A stretch of DNA of 63,366 nt, counting the filler, from Globobulimina sp. (taxonomy: Eukaryota): assembly GCA_003354225.1 (NCBI GenBank). It is 38 parts of 38 records of this genome, joined end to end, with 100 filler letters (N's around TTAATTAATTAA, not from the genome) between each part and the next. Parts side by side here need not be neighbours in the genome. Positions count along the whole stretch, not along the records: positions 35,087 to 36,656 come from PIVH01014694.1; positions 36,757 to 38,326 come from PIVH01014695.1; positions 38,427 to 39,996 come from PIVH01014696.1; positions 40,097 to 41,666 come from PIVH01014697.1; positions 41,767 to 43,336 come from PIVH01014698.1; positions 43,437 to 45,006 come from PIVH01014699.1; positions 45,107 to 46,676 come from PIVH01014700.1; 31 more parts are not named here. One strand, written 5' to 3'. Numbering within the stretch: the stretch's first letter is position 1; each line of letters begins with the position of its first letter. Below are positions 35,087-46,776 of the stretch, piece by piece. The notes beneath the pieces are model-generated. The model saw nothing but the letters and a program-made list of their open reading frames with translations, searched no databases and had not been told where the DNA came from. A program made the position numbers and the translations under genes.

Positions 35087-36656
35087 ATTGCAACATAAAA
35101 GAGATTCGTCAGTGATTACGGATATTAACATTGAGGAACATGATGTTGATGTTGAGCAAGGTGCGAATCCATACAAATATATGTAATTATATTTTAATTT
35201 TATATTTATATTTAGGGGTAACTCTGTGCTCAATATTTATGAATGAAAGTATCAACGACTACAATCCCTGCGATGACAACGACGCCGACGATGATGAATG
35301 CAAAGTTATTATAGAATTGTTAGACTATGGAAGCAGTGCAAACTGCAACAAACCTGATGTAGTGGATACTGATGGTTTGGACGACGAACAAGAAAATGAG
35401 AAATATATTCAATTGTATTTGCATTACATCACAAACCATAGCGAGTACACACTACAATGCAATGACCCACATTTATGCCAATATAAGCAATGGAAAGATA
35501 ACCCACAGCAAAGCATGCGGCAAATGATCCATTCTGAGTTTTATTATCATCGCGAATCTATCAACATCATCGTGACCGGCAACGAAGAAAAAAAAGCAGT
35601 CAACGAAGATACAGACACTGCGGGAACAGAGGAGGAGGAGGAAAAGGAAGAAAAGGAATTGACGCAATTGCGGCAAATCTCGTATCTTCCCACAATGTTA
35701 TCCATCATCAAAAGCCAAACCAGCACTGTGCACAATGACGAACAGGACGTGACTAACAGCGACAGTATGGTTAATTTGAATATATTGCAATTTGGAGTGC
35801 CATTCTTAGCGCGAAGCTACAAATTCAAAAATCCGAAACAGGAGATACTGAAAAACTCATTTAAGAAAATCTCGACTCGCGCTTGGAATGACTTGCTGCG
35901 GAAATGTGTCGGTTTGAGCAAAACCACCAAGGCTCGCTGCACTCGATTGACAGTGAAACAGTTAGTCGCTCTGAAGCTGTATACAGATTTTGACGATTTG
36001 CAGCGTGAATTACGGAAATGTTTTCGCAAAGTGCGAGACCAAAAGGAAAGACAGGAACAGTTTTATCATTGGAACTTGTTATTGGAAAACGCCTGTAAAC
36101 AGTCTACGGATATTATAACGTGTCGGTTGTACCACGGCGTGAACAAACCATTGATCCCGTCGTCATTCAGCGGTACTTACTATGGACCGATATCAACCAC
36201 CACATTGTTCGATGTTGCCAAGGTATGCTACATTGTACGTAAATGTCTATAATTTGCTGGATTTGACCTAAACTGATCAGCAATTTGCTGGTCCAATTGG
36301 GAAAATATTGGAATTGTACCCCTCATTTAGCAGAAAAGGGCTACGTGTTTCGTGGCTGTCGAACTTTCCCGACGAGGACGAGGTGTTATATATGAACGCT
36401 TCATTTCAAATTGTAAATATTTACACAAACGATAACCCGAATAATATATATAAATCACCGTTGGATGTACGAAAAACTGCACATACTGTTAGTACCATTT
36501 ATAAATTCCAAACTGATGACGACGTGGACGATGATGCTACGTTTTCAACCACAATCTCAAAGGCTCTACACCCGAACCAACCGGACAGTAATGGCAATAA
36601 TTTGGAATTGGAATATAAGACACAGTTTTTTGAGAGATCTATTATGAAAGCAATAC
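35087..36656 (+). CDS. Mono-ADP-ribosyltransferase-like protein, partial; introns ~35161-35215 and 36223-36280
   Basis: LKLYTD..LYHGV..ISTTT..VAK|QFA..VSWLSNFPDEDEVL (ART-type H/R, STT, ExE motifs). Confidence 0.65.
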
Positions 36657-36755
36657 NNNNNNNNNNNNNNNNNNNNNNNNNNNNNNNNNNNNNNNNNNNN
36701 TTAATTAATTAANNNNNNNNNNNNNNNNNNNNNNNNNNNNNNNNNNNNNNNNNNN

Positions 36756-37192
36756 NTGGAACGGATATCAATGCCGGAGCAGAAATCTATGCACAGACTG
36801 CAACACAGGAAACATGTTCAATACAATCCTATGACACTACAGAATGTAGTTGGAAATGTCAATATAATTTATCATCTGGGAAATATGAATCATGTCATAA
36901 TAATTGTCAATCATGCACTGGGACTGCCTACACATACGCTGTTACGGTGGAACATAAATGCTATGAACAGGAAATAAGTAATACGGATATATTGCAGAAT
37001 AACCAATGTCCAGAATCATTGAAAGAGGTTGGAACTGAACACAGTTGTTTTGTATTGCAATGTGACGAGTTTAGTTGGGAGAGTCCTCAACAATTAAAGA
37101 CCGTAGGCACTATGTATATAGTTGTTGGCGGTTTGTTGCTAGCCGCGCCTTTTTGTTGTTTTTTTTGTTTTTATTTTTGTTGCAAGGACTAA
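36756..37192 (+). CDS. Cys-rich membrane protein, 3' fragment
   Basis: Cys-rich region followed by TM and CCFFCFYFCC tail. Confidence 0.45.
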
Positions 37193-37259
37193 TGTTACTA
37201 ATCAAGGAAACAAAAGAAAAAGCTATGACAAAAAAATATTTACACAATGACAATGATAT

Positions 37260-38159
37260 TTATATACCAGTTCTGTCATCATCAGATCGCCCACATATCA
37301 TAGCGACTACAAAAGGAAATCCGCAACATATTCCACCAATGGCTGATAACGTAATTAAAAAGCCAAAAGCAAGCAATTTATCGCCTGCTGCCTCTTGCAC
37401 TGTATCAGGCGTACAATTTTTTGACGTCGCAATAAAATCAAGACCAGAAACGATGCCCACCATTATCCAAAACCAAATCACAATCAAAATGAACATAAAA
37501 AACCATAAAAACGTTTCAAATCGACAACATATCCGAGTATTACCCACATTCCATTTTGCCGTTTCCTTCTTTGCCTCGCCATTCTTATCAATAACATATG
37601 GTTTATCAGTCCAGAATGCATAACACGACGAGCAAATACCAACAATGCATGTAACTATTATTATGGCACAGAGATATTCCCAAGCTTGAAATGCTGATAT
37701 TTTATCTTCAACTTTCTCCCCACCACAGGTCGCTTGCGCCCATTCAAAATTAAATTGGTTCATGTCAATGACGAAGGAATATATCATCAAAACAATTCCA
37801 ATCAATGATATAAAAATTACACAAAGACTGCAATGTGCGGATGCTTGTGGTGTATACCATTCTTGTTATTATATTATTTTATTTGTGTAATTTGTTTTAA
37901 ATTTTATTTTTAGTATATTTTTATTTTTATATGTACAGTGTATACCGTTGCTTGTTCCACAGAATGGGCTGTTTTCAATGTCTTTTATTTCATATACATT
38001 ATTTTCCACAGATGATCTGCCTATTTTCTTTTGCCACGTAGCATTTGGATTGTTTCCGCGTGAACCGGTACTGGTTTGGCCTGAACTTAAATTCTGCCGT
38101 TCTCGATCTTCTTCTTGCTCTTCTTTTGGCGCTTTCTTCTGCTTTTGTTTATTTGACAT
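37260..38159 (-). CDS. Four-TM membrane protein, one intron (~37862-37945)
   Basis: Hydrophilic first exon plus four hydrophobic helices. Confidence 0.55.
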
Positions 38160-38457
38160 GACTAAAATGTTTTAATTAATCTTCGTTGTACATCTCTCTT
38201 CAAAATACTAATTAATCTTCGTTGTAAAATTTGAAAGTCGTATCTCTTCAAAATACTAAGAAATCAAAAGCGTTTCAGTTAAGAACAATTCGTTTTGTTG
38301 GGATATAGTCATATCTAAAAAAGGAANNNNNNNNNNNNNNNNNNNNNNNNNNNNNNNNNNNNNNNNNNNNTTAATTAATTAANNNNNNNNNNNNNNNNNN
38401 NNNNNNNNNNNNNNNNNNNNNNNNNNCATTAATTACATATTTATATTATAAGTTGAA

Positions 38458-38784
38458 TTAATATTTATCAGAACATGATGTGTTTTGATTTTTGCATTTA
38501 TGACATAATGATTTGATATGATTTTTTAATGGATCGCTATGCCTTTCATCACAAACACATGGTTTTTGTTTACATTCTTGACATATTATTGGTTCCGTAC
38601 GATAAGGAAATTTTGAACATCCGCATCGTTTACAATCTTGTTTATAATATACTTTTGATGTTCCTCTAATCTTCCATGTATATGCGGATTCCCATGTTTT
38701 ATGACAATCACTGCATTTAAACCAACCATATACTCGCTCTAAATCTACCCGTGCCTTTTTTCTCCGTTTACGGTTGCTATACAT
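38458..38784 (-). CDS. ZAR1-like zinc finger (zf-3CxxC) protein
   Basis: YGWFKCSDC..WESAYTW..GTSKVYYKQDCKRC..PYRTE..CQECKQ..C.C..RH.DP..H...LCHKCK..SC. Confidence 0.85.
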   Translation of the reverse strand: MYSNRKRRKKARVDLERVYGWFKCSDCHKTWESAYTWKIRGTSKVYYKQDCKRCGCSKFPYRTEPIICQECKQKPCVCDERHSDPLKNHIKSLCHKCKNQNTSCSDKY

Positions 38785-38991
38785 GTTAAAGTTTGATGTC
38801 TGATCTGATCTGAAAACGGAGAAGCAATCTGGGTTTTGTATTAATTATGTAAAATGACACTAAATGTATAGATTTTCACGTAATCATACCAATATCAATA
38901 TGACTGTTCCTTTTTAGTGGCAGAGATTGTGAGTTTTGAAATTTGCTTAAAAATCTTTTACTCAAAGTTTTGCGCACTAACTATTTTCTTG

Positions 38992-39750
38992 ATGTCTGCT
39001 GTTGCTGTTAATATGTTAAAATCGCGAGAACAAAGACAACAAAAACCGATGCAATTGCTACCACGTATTATAAACCATAATATTAATACTAATTATAATG
39101 ACAATATGGATACCACTACGAGTGGGTACAAATATTTTCAGATTTTAGATTTATTAAAAGAAGCAAGAATAATTTGGTTTGGATTATGTTTTGGAATTGA
39201 TGTTTATGATACATATTTGCATAAATATCCGTCACCCGATCCTATTGATGTCGAATTAAGAGAACGTGGTGCTTTTGCAAAATATGAAAGTGTTTATGGT
39301 CGGCTATGTTGGATGGGTTTATCGTGCGGAGCCTATGCATTATTATTAAAGAAAAACATTGGAAGAGCGGAAAATAAGCAAGCTTTAAATAAATTTGAAA
39401 TTGGATGTATTGCGGGTATGATTGGTGGGTGGATATTACGTATTTGGTGTAAATATTTAATGGGAGAACGGTATACTTATTCCATTGTTGTATATAAAGA
39501 CCATCGGATTCTGACTAACGGACCTTATGCTTATATACGACATCCTGGGATGTTTGGCATGTTATTGAATTTAGGCTGTACCTATTCGTGGTTAAATCAT
39601 TGGTGGGGATGGGCCGTCTATGCCCTTTGTGTTCGCGATACATATGTTCAAATTGTTGATGAAGAGAAATATTTATCACAATTAATTGGTGAAAAACATA
39701 AGCAATATACAAAAAAAGTCACTTCGAAAATCATTCCATTTGTTTGGTAA
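38992..39750 (+). CDS. Isoprenylcysteine carboxyl methyltransferase (ICMT/STE14/PEMT) family protein
   Basis: TM helices, LRIW..MG..Y, HRILTNGPYAYIRHP, EEKYL..Y. Confidence 0.8.
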   Translation: MSAVAVNMLKSREQRQQKPMQLLPRIINHNINTNYNDNMDTTTSGYKYFQILDLLKEARIIWFGLCFGIDVYDTYLHKYPSPDPIDVELRERGAFAKYESVYGRLCWMGLSCGAYALLLKKNIGRAENKQALNKFEIGCIAGMIGGWILRIWCKYLMGERYTYSIVVYKDHRILTNGPYAYIRHPGMFGMLLNLGCTYSWLNHWWGWAVYALCVRDTYVQIVDEEKYLSQLIGEKHKQYTKKVTSKIIPFVW

Positions 39751-40096
39751 TAAAATAATGGACGAAAATTTATTGTTATTATTGTAAATTTGAGTTTCTT
39801 TATAAACGGCCCTTGTTGGAGGGATAGAGTGTATACTCTATGTTATTTGATTTGAAAACAGATTGCTTTTGGAGGGACCATTTATGAAACAGATTGGTTT
39901 TAGAGGGCTGCTTTTCATAAATCATCCCACTCGGAAACATGTACAAATCATAAATGTCCCTCTAAAATTCATACAAATAAAAAAAAAACTTAGTCCNNNN
40001 NNNNNNNNNNNNNNNNNNNNNNNNNNNNNNNNNNNNNNNNTTAATTAATTAANNNNNNNNNNNNNNNNNNNNNNNNNNNNNNNNNNNNNNNNNNNN

Positions 40097-41185
40097 GATT
40101 TGCCCGTTGCGGCATCCGTAACTACGCTGAATTCGACCTCTTCGAATCTTTTTAGAAAGCGAGCGCCGTAAATATGGCAATCATCGATGTGTACAAAAAA
40201 ACCGCTGCCATCCCCTCCACTTTCGACATCGAACGGAGCTATGAATCCATATAATTTCTCGCGAGAATAGTTTATAATGTATCCACGGCGCCGATTCTCG
40301 CTGAAATCTTTGGGGATTTGAGCTTGGATATCATTGGGGCCATACATGGCACCCAACAATCTCCGAGAATGTCCGGTGTTTCTGCGTTCCGCAGTGATTA
40401 AGCCATTGCCCCGACGAGTTATCTTTGCATTTTACACACAGAAAAATCAAGAAATTTCTAGGCAAATCAATGTATTGCACATACGCAGACTCCGCGGTCT
40501 TTTTGATCGCGTTTGGATGGACGCGCATAGAATTCGATCTCACTAAATCGCTCTAATCGTTGTGCTCCGGTCGACTATGTCATATATAATGTGTTTTTGT
40601 AGTATAAGTCCGTACGTATAAAAATATAGAATGTAACCTGTATTTCAGTGGTGGCGAATCCTACGGCACCGAAATTGAGTCTGTCCGGTACGATTAAGCC
40701 GCCTTTGCCCGACGGTAAGACAGATACAACGACACCGGAATGGCGCTCAAGCTCAGAGTTGGGTAATTCCGATAGATTTCGGTTTCTTTCGTGCTCTTTC
40801 ATCTTCATATTTGCGTGCGAATAACGGATTGGTTGACCACCCAACGACGATATATCGCGCGCCATAAAGTTTCCACCGCGGCCTTCAATTATACTAAATT
40901 CGACGGGCTGTAAGGGGCTGGAGATTGGAATATGTGAATATGGCTATTATTTTCTGGAAATTTCACATACCGCACACGTGGTATATTCTCGGCGTGTAAG
41001 TCGGTGACATGGAAATAATACTCTCTTTCTGGCGCATCTTCGCGCACTACAAAGCCAAATAGATTTTCGTTATGGAAGTAATTGACGTAGCCAGAATATC
41101 GAGATCCAGTGAAAAAGTTCCGATGTCCTTGGTAGTGAATCCGTGTTGATTTATACTTTGGTGCTTTTTTCAAGAACGTTGCCAT
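40097..41185 (-). CDS. Triple cold-shock-domain protein, three short introns, 3' truncated
   Basis: SGYVNYF..LFGFV..YYFHVTDL; SGVVVSV..GGLI; RGYIINY..YGFI..FFVHIDD..EEVEF. Confidence 0.8.
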
Positions 41186-41286
41186 GTTTTGTTGGGGTAA
41201 CTAAATATATATTTCTTAGTGTTTTGAAGAATGTGAGCATTAACTTGGCTCTGTTAACATTTTTTTCAAATCGAGAGCTGGTCGAT

Positions 41287-41666
41287 ATGTCGGGATCGAG
41301 GGATGACGCAAATTCGAAAATAACACTGTCGCAAGACATTGATCATTTGATAGCTTGTTTGCAATCAGCATCAAAACCAGTTAATACAGTTTCTCATTTA
41401 TATTATTACATGATTTCTATGTTTCTTTTTATTAATTGTTTATAAAGATAACATCGACAGCAACAACAGATACATGTTATGACTATGAAGAGATATTACA
41501 ATTTTGGTTTGGCACAAATAACATTAATGGTCATGATTGGACAGATAATTTACGTCAAAAATGGTTTGTGCCCACCAATAGCAAAAAACAGCGTGAATTG
41601 GATGATTATATAAAAAGTAAATACAATTTATTATTGCACTCATTATTAAATAATAAAAATAATTTA
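41287..41666 (+). CDS. DUF924-like protein, 5' fragment with intron
   Basis: EEILQFWFG..QKWF..ELDDYIKSKY. Confidence 0.65.
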
Positions 41667-41766
41667 NNNNNNNNNNNNNNNNNNNNNNNNNNNNNNNNNN
41701 NNNNNNNNNNTTAATTAATTAANNNNNNNNNNNNNNNNNNNNNNNNNNNNNNNNNNNNNNNNNNNN

Positions 41767-41963
41767 TTATACAAACCGCCAGAATTCTAGCGGTTGCTAA
41801 TGCTTTTGTTGCCATGATCAGCCCCAGAGCCTACCGCAATAAACTAACCACCAGCGAAGCCCTTGAACAGTTAATGCAGGGTGCAGACAGCCGCTATGAC
41901 CGCAAAGTTTTAGCCGCTTTATTTCATGTAGTTGAAAATGAGATTGACTGGTCGGAATTCTGA
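41767..41963 (+). CDS. Bacterial HD-GYP domain protein C-terminus
   Basis: RILAVANAFVAMISPRAYR..EALEQL..YDRKVLAAL. Confidence 0.75.
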
Positions 41964-42098
41964 CCAGAAGGGGTTTAGGCGCAGTGGTGAAGTATGAACA
42001 ACTTACGGTGTAATATTGCTGTTTTTAATTTCAAAATAAATTTTATTCAAATGCTGCCGCGCCAGTATCAAGTTATCATTTAGCAGTTAACTATCAAA

Positions 42099-43336
42099 TG
42101 CCAGGACATCGTTAACCCAAGTCTAACGGTAAAAAGTGCCAAGACATCGCTTACCCGGCTATTAAAATTATTAAAATAGTTATTCCCAAATAATGGAGTT
42201 TTCCAACAATCATTTATGTTACTTACGGAGCATATTTGTTTTGGCTGCGAGAATGGGCCAAACTTGAGCTCGTCGGAGCAGCCAAAATAAATATGCGGGG
42301 CGCTACCTCCGTTGATTAATTTATTTTATCTGGTGAGTTGATAATTAAACTGATCAACCAACTCATCCCCCAGATAGACCAAAAGTAAGTGCGTCTGGGT
42401 TACAATTATTGCTTTGACATATGAATATACCAATTCCTTTGAGAGGACAAATTTTTCTCCAAAAATGTTAAGGATTCGATTACTTCGGATGAATCGGATT
42501 AATATAATATTGCCATCTGGCACATAATCAAGATTTGGCATTTTTGTGTTTGGGCTTAGTTTTCTTTGATGACAACCATCATTGATGATATCCACTGGAG
42601 TTCTTCCTTTGAGGCAACTGTAATGATGATGCTTATTATGAAACCGTTGAAAATTCTTGCTTTGTCTCTTTAAGGAAATATAGCTTGGGAACCATTGGCG
42701 TCGAAAAAATTTCTTACTGTATGTATTATTAAATCTCTCGATTACTCCGTTACGCCAGGGTTCACCAGCTGGAATAAAAACAGGTTGTATATCAAAATAT
42801 AAACAAAGCCTTAATACAAGGCCCGGAGATCTGGGGTAACGATTACTGCCCCGGAAACTCAGCTCATTGTCAAATTGGAGAGAGTCTGGCATGCCAATGG
42901 CTTTCCAGCACCTCAGCAAGCTGGAAGCTATTTGTTGATTCTCTTTGGTTCGTTGTGATTCAATGTATACTTGATGGCTGTACAAATCGATTACATTGAA
43001 TGAGTAGAATTTGCCGTCTCCTTTTATGTACCTTGGCCCAACTAGGTCGGCCTGGTGAATATTATTAACGTCGAGTGCTTCCTCGAAGTAGGGATACTCG
43101 ACACCTTTGGGAACATAAGAAGTTTTTTTTGATAAGACCTTCGCTTTTAAGAATGCGATTTATAGTCCTATCTGAGGGAAAGACTTCCCCTGACTTGCTC
43201 AGTTCCCATTTAATTGCAGAAGCGCCAACTTGGGCAAAGCGTTGCTTATCTAGCCTTCTCCTGGTTGAAATGATACGCTCTTTGTCTATTCCATCTATTT
43301 TTGTTGGCTGGTTTTTAGGTGCTCTTGATTTGTCTT
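42099..43336 (-). mobile_element. IS481-like insertion sequence (rve DDE transposase 42326-43336, frameshift at an A8 run)
   Basis: DKSRAP, RTINRILK, HQADLVGP, QFDNE, NGVIERFN, FHN..H..LKGRTP; two ~20-bp repeats tgcca.gacatcg.t.accc at 42099 and 42137. Confidence 0.8.
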
Positions 43337-43436
43337 NNNNNNNNNNNNNNNNNNNNNNNNNNNNNNNNNNNNNNNNNNNNTTAATTAATTAANNNNNNNN
43401 NNNNNNNNNNNNNNNNNNNNNNNNNNNNNNNNNNNN

Positions 43437-44771
43437 ATCAAATATATTTAAAATCAAATAATTTTGTGTTGAATATAATACATAATAATTATCTCGAAAT
43501 ATTGTACGATCTCTTTCTTTCTGGATTTTATTAAACAGTTCGATGTCAAAATCATTCCTTCCCTTTGTTAAAAGATAAAATAATAAATTATATTCTAATA
43601 ATAGTTGATCAGTACGAATATCATTCATTTCCTGACGTCTATAATATAAATAACACGCATCTTGTAAATATTTGGAAGCTTTTTCATAATCATTTAATAA
43701 TAAAAAGACTTTAAAATAATTAAAATATATTCCATAGAGTTCATAATTAGCATCATTTCCATGATATAAATTGCAAATCGTTTTACTTTGGTTATAAATA
43801 TCCATTAATTTTAATTTATATTTTTTACCCATTACATTTTCAATACAAATATCGACCAAAATATCATTGATTTTACATGAATAATATTTTGAAATTACAG
43901 CTACATCAAAGAAATGTAAATTTTGTACAAATGTATGGTTATCCATCGATTTCAAAACACTTTTACTATTTTCATATTGTCCTCTTTCAATATATAAGTC
44001 ATATAAAATTATACCATATTTAAACCACAACACATTCTTTTTCATTTGCAGAAAAATAACTGTATTCCATAATATTTGTACCAATTCATTCCTTTTTTTA
44101 TTCAAACAATATCTTTGCATATAATTCCAGATAAAACAGATCGTATCGCTTAAAATAAGATCGTTTGACTCTGAATGCTGTAATGTAATATATTGGATAT
44201 CTTTTCGTGAATAAACGTTGTCTTTAATAAAATATGTTAACTCCAATAATTTTGTATAATGAGTTATTAATTCATTATAAAAAACAACACATAAATTGAG
44301 TAAAGACACTGGAATTAATATATCATCATTATCAATAAATTCATTATTGACAATATTGCGAATATATCCATATATCAACAATGAATATGACTTATTAATA
44401 TTTGAACGAGATTTGTTGAATAAATATTGTGTTTTTACGCAATATTTCAATGCGTTATAATGATATTTAAGTAATTTTAATTTATGATTTGTGTCTTTAA
44501 CGTGTGGCTTCAAAGAATATTTCATATTATAACTCTCGCAAAGTTCAATACATTTAAAAAATTGAATTAATGATTCATTTGGTTGTATTTTATGATCTGC
44601 CCAAGCCATAAAATAATTATTTTCAATCTCCAAAAAAGTGTTATTTTTATCTGTTAAATTGTCTGCATCAATGGGTAGTTCCCAACAAGTATAAGTGCCT
44701 TCATCTGACTGCCAACCATCATCATTGTTATTATCATTAGATATCCATTCATCTTCATCAGCAGTGGACAT
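43437..44771 (-). CDS. Divergent COP9 signalosome subunit 2-like protein, 3' truncated
   Basis: Acidic N-terminus, EIENNYF..P..SL..F.KCIEL, ALK..VK, Y.KLL, N.LWFK..L..LY.E..Y. Confidence 0.6.
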
Positions 44772-45168
44772 CGTGTATATTTAGGAGTTGAATTTCGCTT
44801 ATTTTAAAAACTTCAAAAAACAGTTTATTTGTCAACCGTAAATTCGTAAAGAAGGCGTTAAAAATGATAAGTTCACACAACGCGACCACAAAAGACAGCG
44901 AACAACAGTGGGAAACAATGAAATGGTGTATTGTTGCAAAGTGTTTATCCCCTATGGATTTTATTATTTTTATGTTGGTTAATAACATGGATTAAATGTA
45001 ATTATANNNNNNNNNNNNNNNNNNNNNNNNNNNNNNNNNNNNNNNNNNNNTTAATTAATTAANNNNNNNNNNNNNNNNNNNNNNNNNNNNNNNNNNNNNN
45101 NNNNNNCACTTTAATTGTCTAAATTAACAATGACTTGCTCACTAGTCACACTATTAGTTCTCACAGAC

Positions 45169-45276
45169 TAGGCTTACTTTCGTTTCGTTTCATTTCAACG
45201 ATTAGCAAGGTTTTGGGTTAGCATATAGAGTGGTTTTCAACCTAGTATTCGAAGTTGACCTAGTAAAAAGTTAATT
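45169..45276 (+). mobile_element. Family M element (TIR type 1 left arm + core)
   Basis: ggcttactttcgtttcgtttcatttc..gggttagc..agagtggttttcaacctagtattcgaagttgac. Confidence 0.8.
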
Positions 45277-45304
45277 ATTTCGCACCTCCAGTTTAGATGA
45301 TCAT

Positions 45305-46676
45305 ATGGAACATGCAAGATATTCACAGATCCCATATGCATATGAAAAATATTATAATCAAAAGAGGCCATCATTCAAGAATTTCCCTCCAAACAACAAA
45401 TATCATTTTGATTTAGTAAAATACAAAACGGAATATCATAACATAAAACCATCACACTTAAAGGCATTCGAACTGAGGCGTCGGTATCCAAATCATCCTA
45501 CAATAAATGATGTGAAACGGAGCTTGTTGTATTTTTGCGGCTGCTGCTTGTTGTGTTTGGTACTAGTTTTAATTTATTATACCTTTAATTTATATCAAAC
45601 CAACATTTTATTAAAAACTGAATTGAAATCCTTCAAAACTGAATTGAAATTCAAAGCGACTGAACTAACCCAACAACAATCTAAAACCGAAGAATATGAA
45701 TCAATAATAAATGCATTGAAAATCGATCATGAATCACAGAAAACAGAACTAACACAAAAGATGACTCGGCAAAATGCAGAATGGAAATCAAAATATACTG
45801 AACAAACTCACAAAAATCAGTTAGAGCTCGAAAATATGCAAAATGAAATCATTTTGAGTCAACATATCACGCAACAAATGCACCGATTGAATAATTTATA
45901 TAATGATTTAACAGATTTATATGAAACTACTAAGCAAGATATTGCATTATATAACCATGACATCAATGAAATAAATTCGGAATATAATCATATTTATCAA
46001 TATCATCCGGATCAACTTTCCGCAGAATCCAATATATATAGCATCGTATTGATCGGAGAAACGGGTCACCATAAATCTACACTTGGTAATAGATTATGTG
46101 GTGATATCTCAGAGTATGCCGAATCAACAGAATTTAATACATCCACTGCATCAGCTTCCTGCACGAAGAATTTCACAAAACGAATTGTTAAAAATCTATA
46201 TTCGAAGACGATTTCGGTGGTAGACACGCCAGGCTTCCATGACACAGACGATGCGGATCGTATCAACGCAGAAAACTTGGTGTCATATTTGCGTGGTAGT
46301 GGCGGTATTAATGCATTTGTTTGGGTTACAAAGGAAACAAAATTTACTACATATTACGAAAATAGTTTGGAAAAAGTACAGAATTTATTAGGTATATACA
46401 TGCACTGTCAATACAAATACATTGTGAAAGAGCAGGAGGACCTTTGTCACTTAAAGAGGATACAAAAAATCCTCTAACTACATGTACACTTTCATAATGC
46501 CATGTTTTGACAGTATTTAATTTAGCAATATCTTTAGGTAAAGGTTTTTGGAAACATGTGATATTTGTTCGAAGTATGGTGAATAATGGAACGCCAGCGA
46601 TGAGGGATAAAGATATTTACGCCTCGCAATTAAGGAACTCTGTTCGTTTGAGATTTGGGCTGGATGACAGCTATAA
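45305..46676 (+). CDS. TM + coiled coil + AIG1-like GTPase; intron 46392-46537; 3' truncated
   Basis: LIGETGHHKSTLGNRLCGD, VVDTPGFHD, GGINAF, LG|KGFWKHVIFV; paralog of 18385-19201. Confidence 0.8.
46392..46537 (+). other. 146-nt intron with branched stem-loop (46404-46514)
   Basis: actgtcaa/ttgacagt, cattgtgaaag/ctttcataatg, inner agaggat/atcctct. Confidence 0.75.
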
Positions 46677-46776
46677 NNNNNNNNNNNNNNNNNNNNNNNN
46701 NNNNNNNNNNNNNNNNNNNNTTAATTAATTAANNNNNNNNNNNNNNNNNNNNNNNNNNNNNNNNNNNNNNNNNNNN

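Noticed and set aside
40331-40543. Apparent C2H2-like zinc finger ORF (CVKC..HC..KH)
   Set aside because: Off-frame reading across an intron (~40423-40484) of the cold-shock gene
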